From a virus (taxonomy: Duplodnaviria; Caudoviricetes): DNA of 64,000 bases. Positions 7,249 through 16,335 of this stretch are shown piece by piece; within the stretch, counting starts at the first letter, position 1; each line of letters opens with the position of its first letter. The position numbers and the translations under genes were made by a program. The notes under the pieces were generated by a model. That model saw nothing but the letters and a program-made list of their open reading frames with translations. It ran no database searches and was not told the origin of the DNA. Location of the stretch: positions 1,617-65,616 of IMG/VR virus record IMGVR_UViG_3300032083_001406; one strand, 5' to 3'.

Positions 7249-8685
7249 ATGATAACAGGAACAAAACAACAAGAAGAAATATGGAATGAATTAGAAAATG
7301 GAACCGACGATGTAATTGTAAATGCTGGTGCTGGAACTGGTAAGACTTTTACAATCGTTGAAGGTTCAAAGAGAACAAATGGAAGCAATATGGCTTTCCT
7401 TTGTTTTAATAAATCTATTCAAACTGAATTAGCAGAAAGACTTCCAGATAACGTAGTTGCAAAAACATTTCATGCACTTGGATTTGCGGCACTTCGTTCT
7501 GCTGGAATTAAAACAAGAGTAAATAACTATAAAGTAAAGAATATCATTGATGATATTCTAGGTAAAGATTTCAATGCTTTTCCTTTGGTTAAACTCATTG
7601 GACTAGTTAAGGGCTCATTGGTTGATGGTGATGATAAGAAAACTATCTTCCAATTGATTGATAAGTACAATATTAACTTTGAATCAGATAGAGAAGAAGA
7701 AATGGCTATTAATGCTATTCCTGCTATCTTGACACAATGCCGTCGTAATCTTGCAATGATTGACTTTGATGATATGATTTGGATTCCTATTGTGGAAAAC
7801 TTCCCATTACCTACATTCGATGTTCTATTTGTAGATGAAGCGCAAGACTTCAATGAAATGCAAAGAGAGTTGATTTTTAGATGTGTGGGTAATAACAGAG
7901 TCGTAATTGTAGGGGATAAAAACCAAGCAATTTATGGATTTAGAGGTGCTGACAGTAATTCAATCTCTATTTTTAAGCAAGAACTTGAAAGTCGTGGAAG
8001 AAAAGTCAAGGAATTTCCTTTGTCTCTAACATGGCGTTGTCCTAAATCGGTTGTTAAAGAAGCAAATCGTTTCGTAGCCGATTTTGATTGTAAAGAAGAT
8101 GCTGATGAAGGTCGAGTTATTGTAGATTCGCCCTTTAATCCAAGCGAAGGAGATATGGTTCTATGTAGATATAACGCTCCTTTGGTAAGTGCTTTTTACG
8201 AATTAATTATGCAAGGTAAATCTGCTTATGTTCTAGGTCGAGATATGACTAAAGGGCTAATTAATGCAGTAAATAAGATTACAAAGAATGGAAATATGGG
8301 TTCTGAAGAATTCATGCAATTGCTTGAGCAAGATTTCCATTATAATTATAATCGCTTGCTTAAACTTGACAAAGTAAATCAAGCGCAATCTCTTGAAGAT
8401 AAGTACGAATGTATTCGTATCTTTGGTACTAAGGCAACAACTGTTAGCGGTATTATTGCAGAGATTAAAAGAGTCTTTGATGGTAATGAAAAGGGAGAGA
8501 TTATGCTTTCTACTGTTCATAAGTCAAAAGGACTTGAAGCAGATAATGTTTATATTCTAGCAACTGAGAGAATGCCTCATCCGAAGGCTTCTGATATGCA
8601 AGAAGAATTAAACATTTGTTATGTGGCTATTACAAGAGCAATTAAGACATTGCATTATTGTGGGCCAAAACCAAATAGTAGGTGA
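7249..8685 (+). CDS. UvrD/Rep-like superfamily 1 helicase
   Basis: AGAGTGKT, TFHALG, VDEAQD, VGDKNQAIYGFRGA, STVHKSKGLE, YVAITRA. Confidence 0.95.
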   Translation: MITGTKQQEEIWNELENGTDDVIVNAGAGTGKTFTIVEGSKRTNGSNMAFLCFNKSIQTELAERLPDNVVAKTFHALGFAALRSAGIKTRVNNYKVKNIIDDILGKDFNAFPLVKLIGLVKGSLVDGDDKKTIFQLIDKYNINFESDREEEMAINAIPAILTQCRRNLAMIDFDDMIWIPIVENFPLPTFDVLFVDEAQDFNEMQRELIFRCVGNNRVVIVGDKNQAIYGFRGADSNSISIFKQELESRGRKVKEFPLSLTWRCPKSVVKEANRFVADFDCKEDADEGRVIVDSPFNPSEGDMVLCRYNAPLVSAFYELIMQGKSAYVLGRDMTKGLINAVNKITKNGNMGSEEFMQLLEQDFHYNYNRLLKLDKVNQAQSLEDKYECIRIFGTKATTVSGIIAEIKRVFDGNEKGEIMLSTVHKSKGLEADNVYILATERMPHPKASDMQEELNICYVAITRAIKTLHYCGPKPNSR

Positions 8686-8861
8686 ATAAATATGTATTAT
8701 GTGATATTGGAAGAAATGAATGAATTTATGGATTGGGCAACTGATGAACAAAAGGTAGAAATGGTAGAATCTTTAATAGAAAAATTGTGGGAAAAATGCA
8801 CAACTGAAATGCAAAAAATTGAATTAGTTTCTATCTTTAGTGATGCGATGGAGGAATTATA

Positions 8862-9167
8862 ATGGGTAGTTCACATTATGATATTTTACAAGAGAGTGAA
8901 AGAATAATTAAGATTTACAATGGACTTGATAACCCTGATTCGGCCTTTGATGAGGCGATGCAAGATGGAAAGGGTCATCTTTACAGAATTGACGACAAAT
9001 TGAGAGTAGCACAAAGATTACTGTATTTGGCTAGAGAATTTATTATAGATGCCAATAAATACCATGACCCAAAAAATCTTGATTTTGTGAATAGTGATTG
9101 GGATAGGTCAAGCCTCATGCAACAGATTCATGATGAAATCGAAAAGATGAAGGAGAAGATAAAATGA
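8862..9167 (+). CDS. hypothetical protein
   Basis: 101 aa ORF with GGAGG SD. Confidence 0.65.
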   Translation: MGSSHYDILQESERIIKIYNGLDNPDSAFDEAMQDGKGHLYRIDDKLRVAQRLLYLAREFIIDANKYHDPKNLDFVNSDWDRSSLMQQIHDEIEKMKEKIK

Positions 9168-9367
9168 TTAAATTTACAAATTGGTATGGAAAACTTTGGA
9201 AAAGAATACTTCCCCATTATTGGGACACCTTTTGGCGTACTCAATATATATATGGTGAACATTGGTGTTGGAATAGTCCACAAATGCAACACTTAAAACT
9301 AAAAAAAATAGAACAGGATATTTGGGATAATAGTATGAATCATAACTACTATCCTCCTGCGGCTTAA
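9164..9367 (+). CDS. hypothetical Trp-rich protein
   Basis: ATGA-coupled ORF. Confidence 0.5.
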   Translation: MIKFTNWYGKLWKRILPHYWDTFWRTQYIYGEHWCWNSPQMQHLKLKKIEQDIWDNSMNHNYYPPAA

Positions 9368-9515
9368 ATGGAGATGAATAAAATGATAAAAAATGAATGG
9401 AGAGATATAAGAGAACTAGAATGTGAGTGCGGAATAACGGTCAAATTTAATAATTTGTCAAGTGAAAGTTTCGTAAATGCTGTTAAAACAAAACAAATGA
9501 AGTGCAGGTGTAACA

Positions 9516-9698
9516 ATGCTTGAAGTTAATTTAAAGAGAATGATTAAAAACAATCAAATATATATCGAGGATTTAGAGAATAGATGTGAAGCATATAGAA
9601 GAATGCTATATGGTAATCAAATACCAGATGAAGTTCTTGATAGTGAATTTGAAGAGATACTGCACGAATTACTACTTGAAAAGGAAGTGAAACAATGA
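9516..9698 (+). CDS. hypothetical protein
   Basis: AGGTG SD; lies in a run of small co-oriented genes. Confidence 0.6.
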   Translation: MLEVNLKRMIKNNQIYIEDLENRCEAYRRMLYGNQIPDEVLDSEFEEILHELLLEKEVKQ

Positions 9699-9986
9699 AC
9701 TGTAAACATCCTAATTTCAAGTATGGTGTAAATGCTCTAGATGAATTAGATGATAATGGTTTAGTTACTGTTTTCTGTCTAGATTGTGGAGAAGAAATTA
9801 AAATGGCAGTAGTCTGTCGATGAGGAGATGATTGAATGATTGACACAGACAAATACGAAGAACACATGAATTGGTATGAGGATGGGCGTTGTCCTAAATG
9901 CGATGAAACATGGAACATTGATTCCCACGCATGGCGTTGTCCTAATTGTGATACAAAATTGATTGAGAGGGATGAAAGGTGATAAT

Positions 9987-10169
9987 ATGGGTAAAATGAG
10001 TCAATTAAATGCCATGTTAAATGATGGTGCATCAACTAATCAAATTGCAGACTGGATATTTAGTTTAAAGGTTCAACGTGGAGAGAACATTAATGAAGAT
10101 ACTCCTAAGAACTGTCTAGAAACTGCAAAGAGATTTAAGAGAGAATATGAGGTGAAGAAGAATGTTTGA
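9987..10169 (+). CDS. hypothetical protein
   Basis: GGTGAT SD before MGKMSQL. Confidence 0.6.
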   Translation: MGKMSQLNAMLNDGASTNQIADWIFSLKVQRGENINEDTPKNCLETAKRFKREYEVKKNV

Positions 10170-10485
10170 AAAAGAATGGAATAAAGTAGCAAAAGAAGTG
10201 TATAAAAACGCAGTTAATCATGGATTCTGGAAAGATGAAGTGAATGATGGTGAAAGAATGGCATTAATTCATGCTGAAATTTCAGAAGCATTAGAAGCAC
10301 TTCGTCAAAATAATCCTTCTTCAAATAAGATTATTGAGTATAGTAATCTCGAAGAAGAATTAGCAGATGCAGTAATTCGCATTATGGATTATGCATTTGG
10401 TAAAGATTTAGATATTGCAGGTGCTATATTGGCAAAGATTGAATACAATCAAAGTCGTGAATATATGCATGGTAAATCATTCTGA
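10162..10485 (+). CDS. MazG-like nucleotide pyrophosphohydrolase
   Basis: ALIHAEISEALEALR...EEELADAVIRIMD...KIEYNQSREYMHGK. Confidence 0.88.
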   Translation: MFEKEWNKVAKEVYKNAVNHGFWKDEVNDGERMALIHAEISEALEALRQNNPSSNKIIEYSNLEEELADAVIRIMDYAFGKDLDIAGAILAKIEYNQSREYMHGKSF

Positions 10486-10833
10486 GGTGTAAATATGGAT
10501 GATACTCAATACAATGATGATGCTGAATACTTATTAAATATGATTCAATCATTTCATTTAGTGTTAAAAGAAAACAAAAACAAACCTGTTCGTAAGATAA
10601 TTGAGGCTTATGAGCAGTATTTCAAATTCCAGTTAGGTTAAGCATTTTTCCTAACGGAAATAGAAGGTTTAAAATTAAAAATATTACTAAAAGGTTAGTT
10701 GTTTATCCTTTGTTTCGCATGATGTAATGTTTTCCTTCATGGGGTTTATTCAGTAATAACGGAAAAATGCTGACACGCAAGAAGATAGTAGTTTCGTGCT
10801 ACGAATCCGTTCCCCCGCTTTACAGGTGATAAT

Positions 10834-11043
10834 ATGATAAACTGGTTAAAAAATTTATTAAGAAAAGAAATATTCCCAAGCAGACCAAAGATAATACATT
10901 GTCATGTCTGTTTTTTAAAAGCAACTCATACACTAAGAATAATTAGTGAAGAGTTTGGTTCAGAAGAACCAACAGAAATTATAATAAAAATATGTGGTGG
11001 ATGTAATGAAGAAATACATGAAAGATATAATTCATCAGAGTAA
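10834..11043 (+). CDS. small zinc-finger protein
   Basis: CHVC...CGGC; GGTGAT SD. Confidence 0.6.
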   Translation: MINWLKNLLRKEIFPSRPKIIHCHVCFLKATHTLRIISEEFGSEEPTEIIIKICGGCNEEIHERYNSSE

Positions 11044-11175
11044 TCATAGGTATTACTCTAAAGAATTATTGAATAGAACAATAGAAAAAGAACAGAAGCG
11101 TGTAAGACGTTTCAAAGAATTTGTGGAGTTTGGTATGTCTCCCTATAAAGCATACATGAAATCAAAGGTGAAATT

Positions 11176-11460
11176 ATGAATAGAAATAAAGCAGTAAGAA
11201 GAATAAAAGAAATGTTACAAGACCCATATGGTAGTGGTTCAATAGATGCGGTAAAGGCACTATTTCAAGCACTAATGCATTGTGGTGTAGGATATACAGA
11301 TAATAGAAAGGATAGGAAAAGTTCAAACTTCGGTTGCCTTGATTTAGGTAATCATGAAGCACTAATGACTGTTCTAACAGATAGAAATACTATTAGAGAA
11401 TTAGTTCGCCAATACTATTATAAGTTTGATAAAGAAGTATATGGAGATGAGGAAGAATGA
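11176..11460 (+). CDS. hypothetical protein
   Basis: GGTGA SD, ends GDEEE. Confidence 0.65.
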   Translation: MNRNKAVRRIKEMLQDPYGSGSIDAVKALFQALMHCGVGYTDNRKDRKSSNFGCLDLGNHEALMTVLTDRNTIRELVRQYYYKFDKEVYGDEEE

Positions 11461-12119
11461 ATATATTTGCATTATCAAGATGTCCAGTAGAATCAGCACA
11501 ACAAATGTTAGATAAACACGTTGTCAAAATGCCAACAGAAACTTGTCAAATGTTGCATACTAATCAATTGTATTTCATATACAAAGGAATTTATGGTGTT
11601 GAGCCTTCTCTTAAAGACTTGAAGGTGTTTCATACAGAAAGTAATTCACATCTAATGAAACCTGCAATGTTAAATCATCCCAGTACAATATGGGCTAGAC
11701 AATCTGCTAAGAATTTTTCTTGGTTGTTTGAACATGGTATTGCTCTTTGTGATGAATATACTCATAGGTATGGTAAAAAACATGGTGCTAAAGAAAGAAT
11801 TCTAATGACTCATTTTCAAAATGAAACCAAACCTAATTGGCCTCATAGTGGATTAACTCCTGTAACTATTGCTATGTTAGATAAATATAGATTAGATGAG
11901 AAGCAATATTCACAAAGAAATCCTAATTGGACAGGTTGGGACTTTGTAATCGACAGTTATCGACATTATTACCTTGAAGGTAAATGGCGATTTGCTGAAT
12001 GGAGAATGGATAGAAGACCAGATTGGTTTCCAACCAATCAATATGAAATTAAATACAATGAGTGGGCATCAGCATTCAATAAAAATCATGGTGCAAATAT
12101 AAAATTAATGGAAGTGTAA
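11457..12119 (+). CDS. pyrimidine-dimer DNA glycosylase (DenV-like) family protein
   Basis: MNIFAL...AQ...DKHVVKMPTETCQML...NHPSTIWAR...LCDEYTHRYGKKH. Confidence 0.8.
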   Translation: MNIFALSRCPVESAQQMLDKHVVKMPTETCQMLHTNQLYFIYKGIYGVEPSLKDLKVFHTESNSHLMKPAMLNHPSTIWARQSAKNFSWLFEHGIALCDEYTHRYGKKHGAKERILMTHFQNETKPNWPHSGLTPVTIAMLDKYRLDEKQYSQRNPNWTGWDFVIDSYRHYYLEGKWRFAEWRMDRRPDWFPTNQYEIKYNEWASAFNKNHGANIKLMEV

Positions 12120-12121
12120 AA

Positions 12122-12373
12122 ATGTTTAATAATATAGAACAAAAGACAATTGAAATATTGAAGAAGAAATACGGGTCGGTTCACGACCCTGTTGAGTCTT
12201 TAGAGAAGGAAGTAGGATTAGCAAATGCTAATGAGTATATGCAAGCATCTTTGGAGTTGTTTCAAGAAAATCCTAATTCTACTAACTATAACTATGTGAT
12301 TTCTACTATGTTGGTTTATCAATATTGGAATCAAAAAGCAACGAAGGAATTTATTTTAACGGAGGAATTCTGA
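12122..12373 (+). CDS. hypothetical protein
   Basis: 83 aa ORF within the operon. Confidence 0.65.
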   Translation: MFNNIEQKTIEILKKKYGSVHDPVESLEKEVGLANANEYMQASLELFQENPNSTNYNYVISTMLVYQYWNQKATKEFILTEEF

Positions 12374-12649
12374 ATGTGCGAAGTATGTGATGGTAAAGGA
12401 TATACATTAGAAGCAGACTACAATCATGATGTAATGATGAAAGTAGAATGTATGAACTGTAAAGCAGAAGAAGCATTTCTAGAATTTCTAGAAGTAGAAG
12501 TAAGAGATGTTTTAGTTAATTGTAGTGTTCAAAAACTAGCAGAGCAAATGGCTTCTGCTATTGTTAAGAATAATACAAATAATACTGAACGATTGCAGAT
12601 GTTAGTTCAAGTAAAGAACATACCTGCGCTATTAGCATATGTTCAGTAA
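12374..12649 (+). CDS. zinc-finger protein
   Basis: CEVCDGKG...CMNC. Confidence 0.7.
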   Translation: MCEVCDGKGYTLEADYNHDVMMKVECMNCKAEEAFLEFLEVEVRDVLVNCSVQKLAEQMASAIVKNNTNNTERLQMLVQVKNIPALLAYVQ

Positions 12650-12656
12650 ATATAAT

Positions 12657-12731
12657 GGGCGTATGGTGTAATGGATAGCATTTTGGCCTTCTAAGCCGAA
12701 GATACGGGTTCGATTCCTGTTACGCCCACCA
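12657..12731 (+). tRNA. trnR: tRNA-Arg(UCU), CCA encoded
   Basis: acceptor stem GGGCGTA/TACGCCC, anticodon arm TTGGC-CTTCTAA-GCCGA, GGTTCGATTCC T arm, ACCA end. Confidence 0.95.
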
Positions 12732-12750
12732 AATTCAAGGAGAAATAAAT

Positions 12751-12978
12751 ATGATAGATTATAAAAAAATGTTTGATACATTAAAAGAAGAAATAGAAAA
12801 AGTCTTAAGACAAGACATAAGAATAATGGGAAGTTGTGCTGATGAAAAATGGTTTCATAAGAAACAATTGAGAGAAATAGCACAATTAATTTCCTTACCA
12901 GAATTTTCCCCTGCTGAACTTAACGGATTAGAATATGTTTGGGATGGGGAAATAGTAGAAGTAGATTTATGGGAATGA
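12751..12978 (+). CDS. hypothetical protein
   Basis: AGGAG SD. Confidence 0.6.
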   Translation: MIDYKKMFDTLKEEIEKVLRQDIRIMGSCADEKWFHKKQLREIAQLISLPEFSPAELNGLEYVWDGEIVEVDLWE

Positions 12979-13241
12979 TAAATATGAATATAGCAGAAAA
13001 AAGAAAAGCAGTAGAATTTAGAATAGTAGACGATGAAGAATTACCTCCCATTGTTATTACTATGAACAAAGAAGATGAACCGCAAGTATTGATTAATACA
13101 TATCATCGAATATGGATTTCTCTCCAGAGAAAACTTATTTGCGGCATTATCGACGTATTGCCTGAAAAGTTAGACATGATACTTTCGGGCTTTTTGACTG
13201 AACAACGTCAATACGAAAAAATGGACAAGGAGATGCTTTGA
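12939..13241 (+). CDS. hypothetical protein (true start probably ~12975-12984)
   Basis: ORF track; overlaps the end of the upstream gene. Confidence 0.65.
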   Translation: MGWGNSRSRFMGMINMNIAEKRKAVEFRIVDDEELPPIVITMNKEDEPQVLINTYHRIWISLQRKLICGIIDVLPEKLDMILSGFLTEQRQYEKMDKEML

Positions 13242-13333
13242 TTGCATTTGTCCAGAAATAAAAACATGACACAACCCCAACAAATAGTAACGCTTAAGTG
13301 GCACAAGTATATGGAAGAACAGAGAGTGATAAT

Positions 13334-13540
13334 ATGATAACACTAACAATTTTGAATGAGACAGGACACACTACCCTCTCCTTGACGGAGAGCGAAGTAA
13401 TTGAACAAATTGATACGCACCCTACGCATTGGGTCTTTATTGACGGCGAGATGGTATCTAGAGAGCAAATCAAAGAATTGGCTTGGGATGACGTTACAAG
13501 CGTCGATTTAACCCCTGCTATTGTCGGAGGACATTATTGA
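13334..13540 (+). CDS. ubiquitin-like beta-grasp protein (ThiS/MoaD/SAMP-like) with C-terminal GG-HY
   Basis: 68 aa; WVFIDGEMVSR resembles ThiS AVAVNGEIVPR; ends VDLTPAIVGG-HY; GAGTGAT SD, own TTAAGT promoter and terminator. Confidence 0.8.
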   Translation: MITLTILNETGHTTLSLTESEVIEQIDTHPTHWVFIDGEMVSREQIKELAWDDVTSVDLTPAIVGGHY

Positions 13541-13570
13541 GTAATTCAATAATACTAGCCACTATCTTTT

Positions 13571-13609
13571 GGGGAGAGAAATCGTTGGGGGTTTCTCTCC
13601 CCTTTTTTT
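13571..13609 (+). terminator. hairpin plus T-run after the Ubl gene
   Basis: GGGGAGAGAAA...TTTCTCTCCCC then T7. Confidence 0.7.
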
Positions 13610-13625
13610 GTCATTGTTGATTAAT

Positions 13626-14003
13626 ATGGATTTAAAGAATTTTATATCAGAAGAAGCCTTATCAATGATGATGACAATTAATGGGTGGAAATTACTTTCA
13701 CCTATCGTTATTGAAGATTATGCTGTATTTAAAGCAGATTTTTATGACGATGAACAAATTATAGCAGTAAGTCCTAAAGGTTCGCAGATAAGAAGTTTAG
13801 GCAAAACCGTCTTAAAATACAAAGACGAAATATTCTATTCCATATCCGAACTATTTTTGAGGTTCGGACAAGACTCAATACAATCCTTCAATGAATGGCA
13901 ATTTATAGAAGAAAAAGAATGGGTTGTATTTAAAAATGGTGAATGGACACATTCATTTACCACATTAAATAAATTGCCGAAAACAACTAAATTGAGGTGT
14001 TAA
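13626..14003 (+). CDS. hypothetical protein
   Basis: ORF from ATG 13626 (the upstream TTG overlaps the terminator). Confidence 0.65.
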   Translation: MDLKNFISEEALSMMMTINGWKLLSPIVIEDYAVFKADFYDDEQIIAVSPKGSQIRSLGKTVLKYKDEIFYSISELFLRFGQDSIQSFNEWQFIEEKEWVVFKNGEWTHSFTTLNKLPKTTKLRC

Positions 14004-14004
14004 T

Positions 14005-15864
14005 ATGACAACAGAAAAAGAAATACTATCAGACATTACAGTACACATGAAATACGCTAGATATGATGAATCTATATCAAGAAGAGAAACATGGAAAGAA
14101 ATCGTAACTAGAAATATGAATATGCATATTAAATCATATCCTGATTTAGAAACCGAAATTGTCAATGTTTATGATAATTTTGTATTAACCAAGAAGGTAT
14201 TACCTTCTATGCGCTCAATGCAATTTGGAGGAAAGCCAATTGAAATTTCTCCTAATCGAGTTTATAATTGTGCTTATCTACCAATTGATTCCATTACATC
14301 TTTTTCAGAAAGTATGTTTCTATTACTTGGTGGAACAGGTGTAGGTTATTCTGTTCAAAGACATCATATAGAAGAACTGCCTGAAATTAAGCAACCTAAT
14401 CCTAATAGAACTCGTAGATATTTAATCGCAGATTCAATAGAAGGTTGGGCTGATTCAGTAAGGATTCTTTTAGAATGTTATACAGGTATTCGTTCTTCAA
14501 GTCCAGTATTCGATTATTCCGATATTAGACCTAAAGGTTCTTTATTAAAGACTAGTGGGGGTAAAGCCCCAGGATTTCAACCTTTAAGAGAGTGTTTAGT
14601 TAAAGTTGAAGGTATTCTTCAAAATATACCAATAGGTGAGAAACTTCGTTCCATTCAAGTTCATGACATTATGTGCCATTTGGCTGATGCTGTTCTTGCA
14701 GGTGGAATTAGAAGGGCGGCTATGATTAGTTTATTCTCTGCTGACGACGTTGAAATGATTTCATCTAAATCTGGCAATTGGTGGGAAAATAGCCCACAAA
14801 GAGGTAGAGCCAATAATTCAGCAGTTATTTTAAGACATAGAGTAACTAAACAGTTCTTTATGGAACTATGGGAAAGAATTCAACTAAGTGGCTCTGGAGA
14901 GCCTGGAATTTACTTTTCTAACGATAAAGACTGGGGAACTAACCCTTGTTGCGAAATTGCACTACGACCATATCAATTCTGTAATTTAACTGAAGTTAAT
15001 GCTTCAAATGTTACTGACCAATTTGATTTAGAAGCAAGAGTTAAAGCGGCTTCTTTCCTAGGAACGCTTCAAGCGGGATATACTGATTTCCACTATCTAC
15101 GAGAGATTTGGCAGAAGAATAGTGAAAAGGATTCTTTATTGGGTGTATCAATGACTGGTATTGCTTCAAATGTTGTAGAACATTTAGATTTGGAAATGGC
15201 TGCTTTTGCTGCTAAAATGGAAAATAAGAGAGTTGCAGAACTTATTGGTATTAACCAAGCAAGTCGTGTAACTTGTGTTAAACCCGCAGGAACTACTTCT
15301 CTAGTTTTAGGTACTTCTAGTGGTATTCATGCTTGGCACGATAAGTATTATATTCGTAGAATTAGAGTAGGAAAGAATGAAGCAATTTATTCTTATCTTT
15401 CTGAAAATCATCCAGACTTAGTAGAAGATGAATATTTTAATCCTGCTGAACAAGCAGTAATTAGTATTCCTCAGAAAGCCCCAAAGGATGCTATTATTAG
15501 GACTGAAAACGTTTTTGATTTATTAGAGCGTGTAAAGAACTTTAGCATTCGTTGGGTAAGAACTGGTCATAAAGACGGTTTAAATACTCACAATGTTTCA
15601 GCAACAATTTCTATTAAGGAAAAAGAATGGGATGATGTTGGTGAATGGATGTGGATGAATAGACATTATTACAATGGCTTATCTGTATTGCCTTATGATG
15701 GTGGTACATACAAACAAGCCCCATTTGAAACTATTTCTAAGAAAGAATACGATGAATTGGCTTCAAAGTTATCTGAAATTGATTTAACTCAAGTTATTGA
15801 GAATCAAGATAATACTAACCTAACAGGCGAACTAGCGTGTGCAGGTGGTCAATGTGAAATCTAA
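14005..15864 (+). CDS. nrdJ: class II (adenosylcobalamin-dependent) ribonucleotide reductase
   Basis: VLPSMRS, YNCAY, GTGVGYS, GGIRRAA, TNPCCEI, FCNLTE, VKPAGTTS, C-terminal ACAGGQCEI; no small subunit gene nearby. Confidence 0.93.
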   Translation: MTTEKEILSDITVHMKYARYDESISRRETWKEIVTRNMNMHIKSYPDLETEIVNVYDNFVLTKKVLPSMRSMQFGGKPIEISPNRVYNCAYLPIDSITSFSESMFLLLGGTGVGYSVQRHHIEELPEIKQPNPNRTRRYLIADSIEGWADSVRILLECYTGIRSSSPVFDYSDIRPKGSLLKTSGGKAPGFQPLRECLVKVEGILQNIPIGEKLRSIQVHDIMCHLADAVLAGGIRRAAMISLFSADDVEMISSKSGNWWENSPQRGRANNSAVILRHRVTKQFFMELWERIQLSGSGEPGIYFSNDKDWGTNPCCEIALRPYQFCNLTEVNASNVTDQFDLEARVKAASFLGTLQAGYTDFHYLREIWQKNSEKDSLLGVSMTGIASNVVEHLDLEMAAFAAKMENKRVAELIGINQASRVTCVKPAGTTSLVLGTSSGIHAWHDKYYIRRIRVGKNEAIYSYLSENHPDLVEDEYFNPAEQAVISIPQKAPKDAIIRTENVFDLLERVKNFSIRWVRTGHKDGLNTHNVSATISIKEKEWDDVGEWMWMNRHYYNGLSVLPYDGGTYKQAPFETISKKEYDELASKLSEIDLTQVIENQDNTNLTGELACAGGQCEI

Positions 15865-16201
15865 TAGGGCTTTAAGAAATATAACCTATGATGAGTTTAA
15901 AGCCTACGTTGTAATCAACGTAGATATGTTTTCTGATGAATCTAGAGTTAGATTGAATCATACGTTTAAAGTATGTGAAAATACCCTTGATGAAAGTGAA
16001 AAGAAGAGAAGATTATATGACGTTTTATATCGCCATTGTCTTTGGGATGTTGAAGAAGCCAAAGAGGAAGGGTTTATAATGTTCTTAGAACGAGAGTTAA
16101 AGGAAGCAAAGGATATGTTTTCTTATTACAAAAATAATAAATTAGAATTAGGAGAGAATAAAAATGAAAGAAAAAAATCCAGAGTATGTGGCAAGTCATA
16201 G
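15839..16201 (+). CDS. hypothetical protein
   Basis: ORF track; start uncertain. Confidence 0.55.
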   Translation: MQVVNVKSNRALRNITYDEFKAYVVINVDMFSDESRVRLNHTFKVCENTLDESEKKRRLYDVLYRHCLWDVEEAKEEGFIMFLERELKEAKDMFSYYKNNKLELGENKNERKKSRVCGKS

Positions 16202-16331
16202 AAGTTATGGTAAAAGAGTCGCTACTCGATGTAGAATATGTGGGGGTCAATTATTGATTCCCGAAGAAATAAAAAATGAAGTGCATGAATCTTGCGAAAG
16301 CAAGGTTAATGATAAATTATTTATGATGTGA
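16164..16331 (+). CDS. small zinc-finger protein (55 aa)
   Basis: CRICGGQL...HESC; AGGAGAG SD; below ORF-track cutoff. Confidence 0.6.
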   Translation: MKEKNPEYVASHRSYGKRVATRCRICGGQLLIPEEIKNEVHESCESKVNDKLFMM

Positions 16332-16335
16332 TAAT

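Noticed and set aside
6998-7264. ORFs overlapping tRNA-Leu on both strands (and 12632-12883 over tRNA-Arg)
   Set aside because: Explained by the tRNA genes.
9884-9945. Repeat GGCGTTGTCCTAA twice
   Set aside because: Encodes the two RCP(K/N)C knuckles of a tiny zinc-finger ORF; an ordinary internal duplication.
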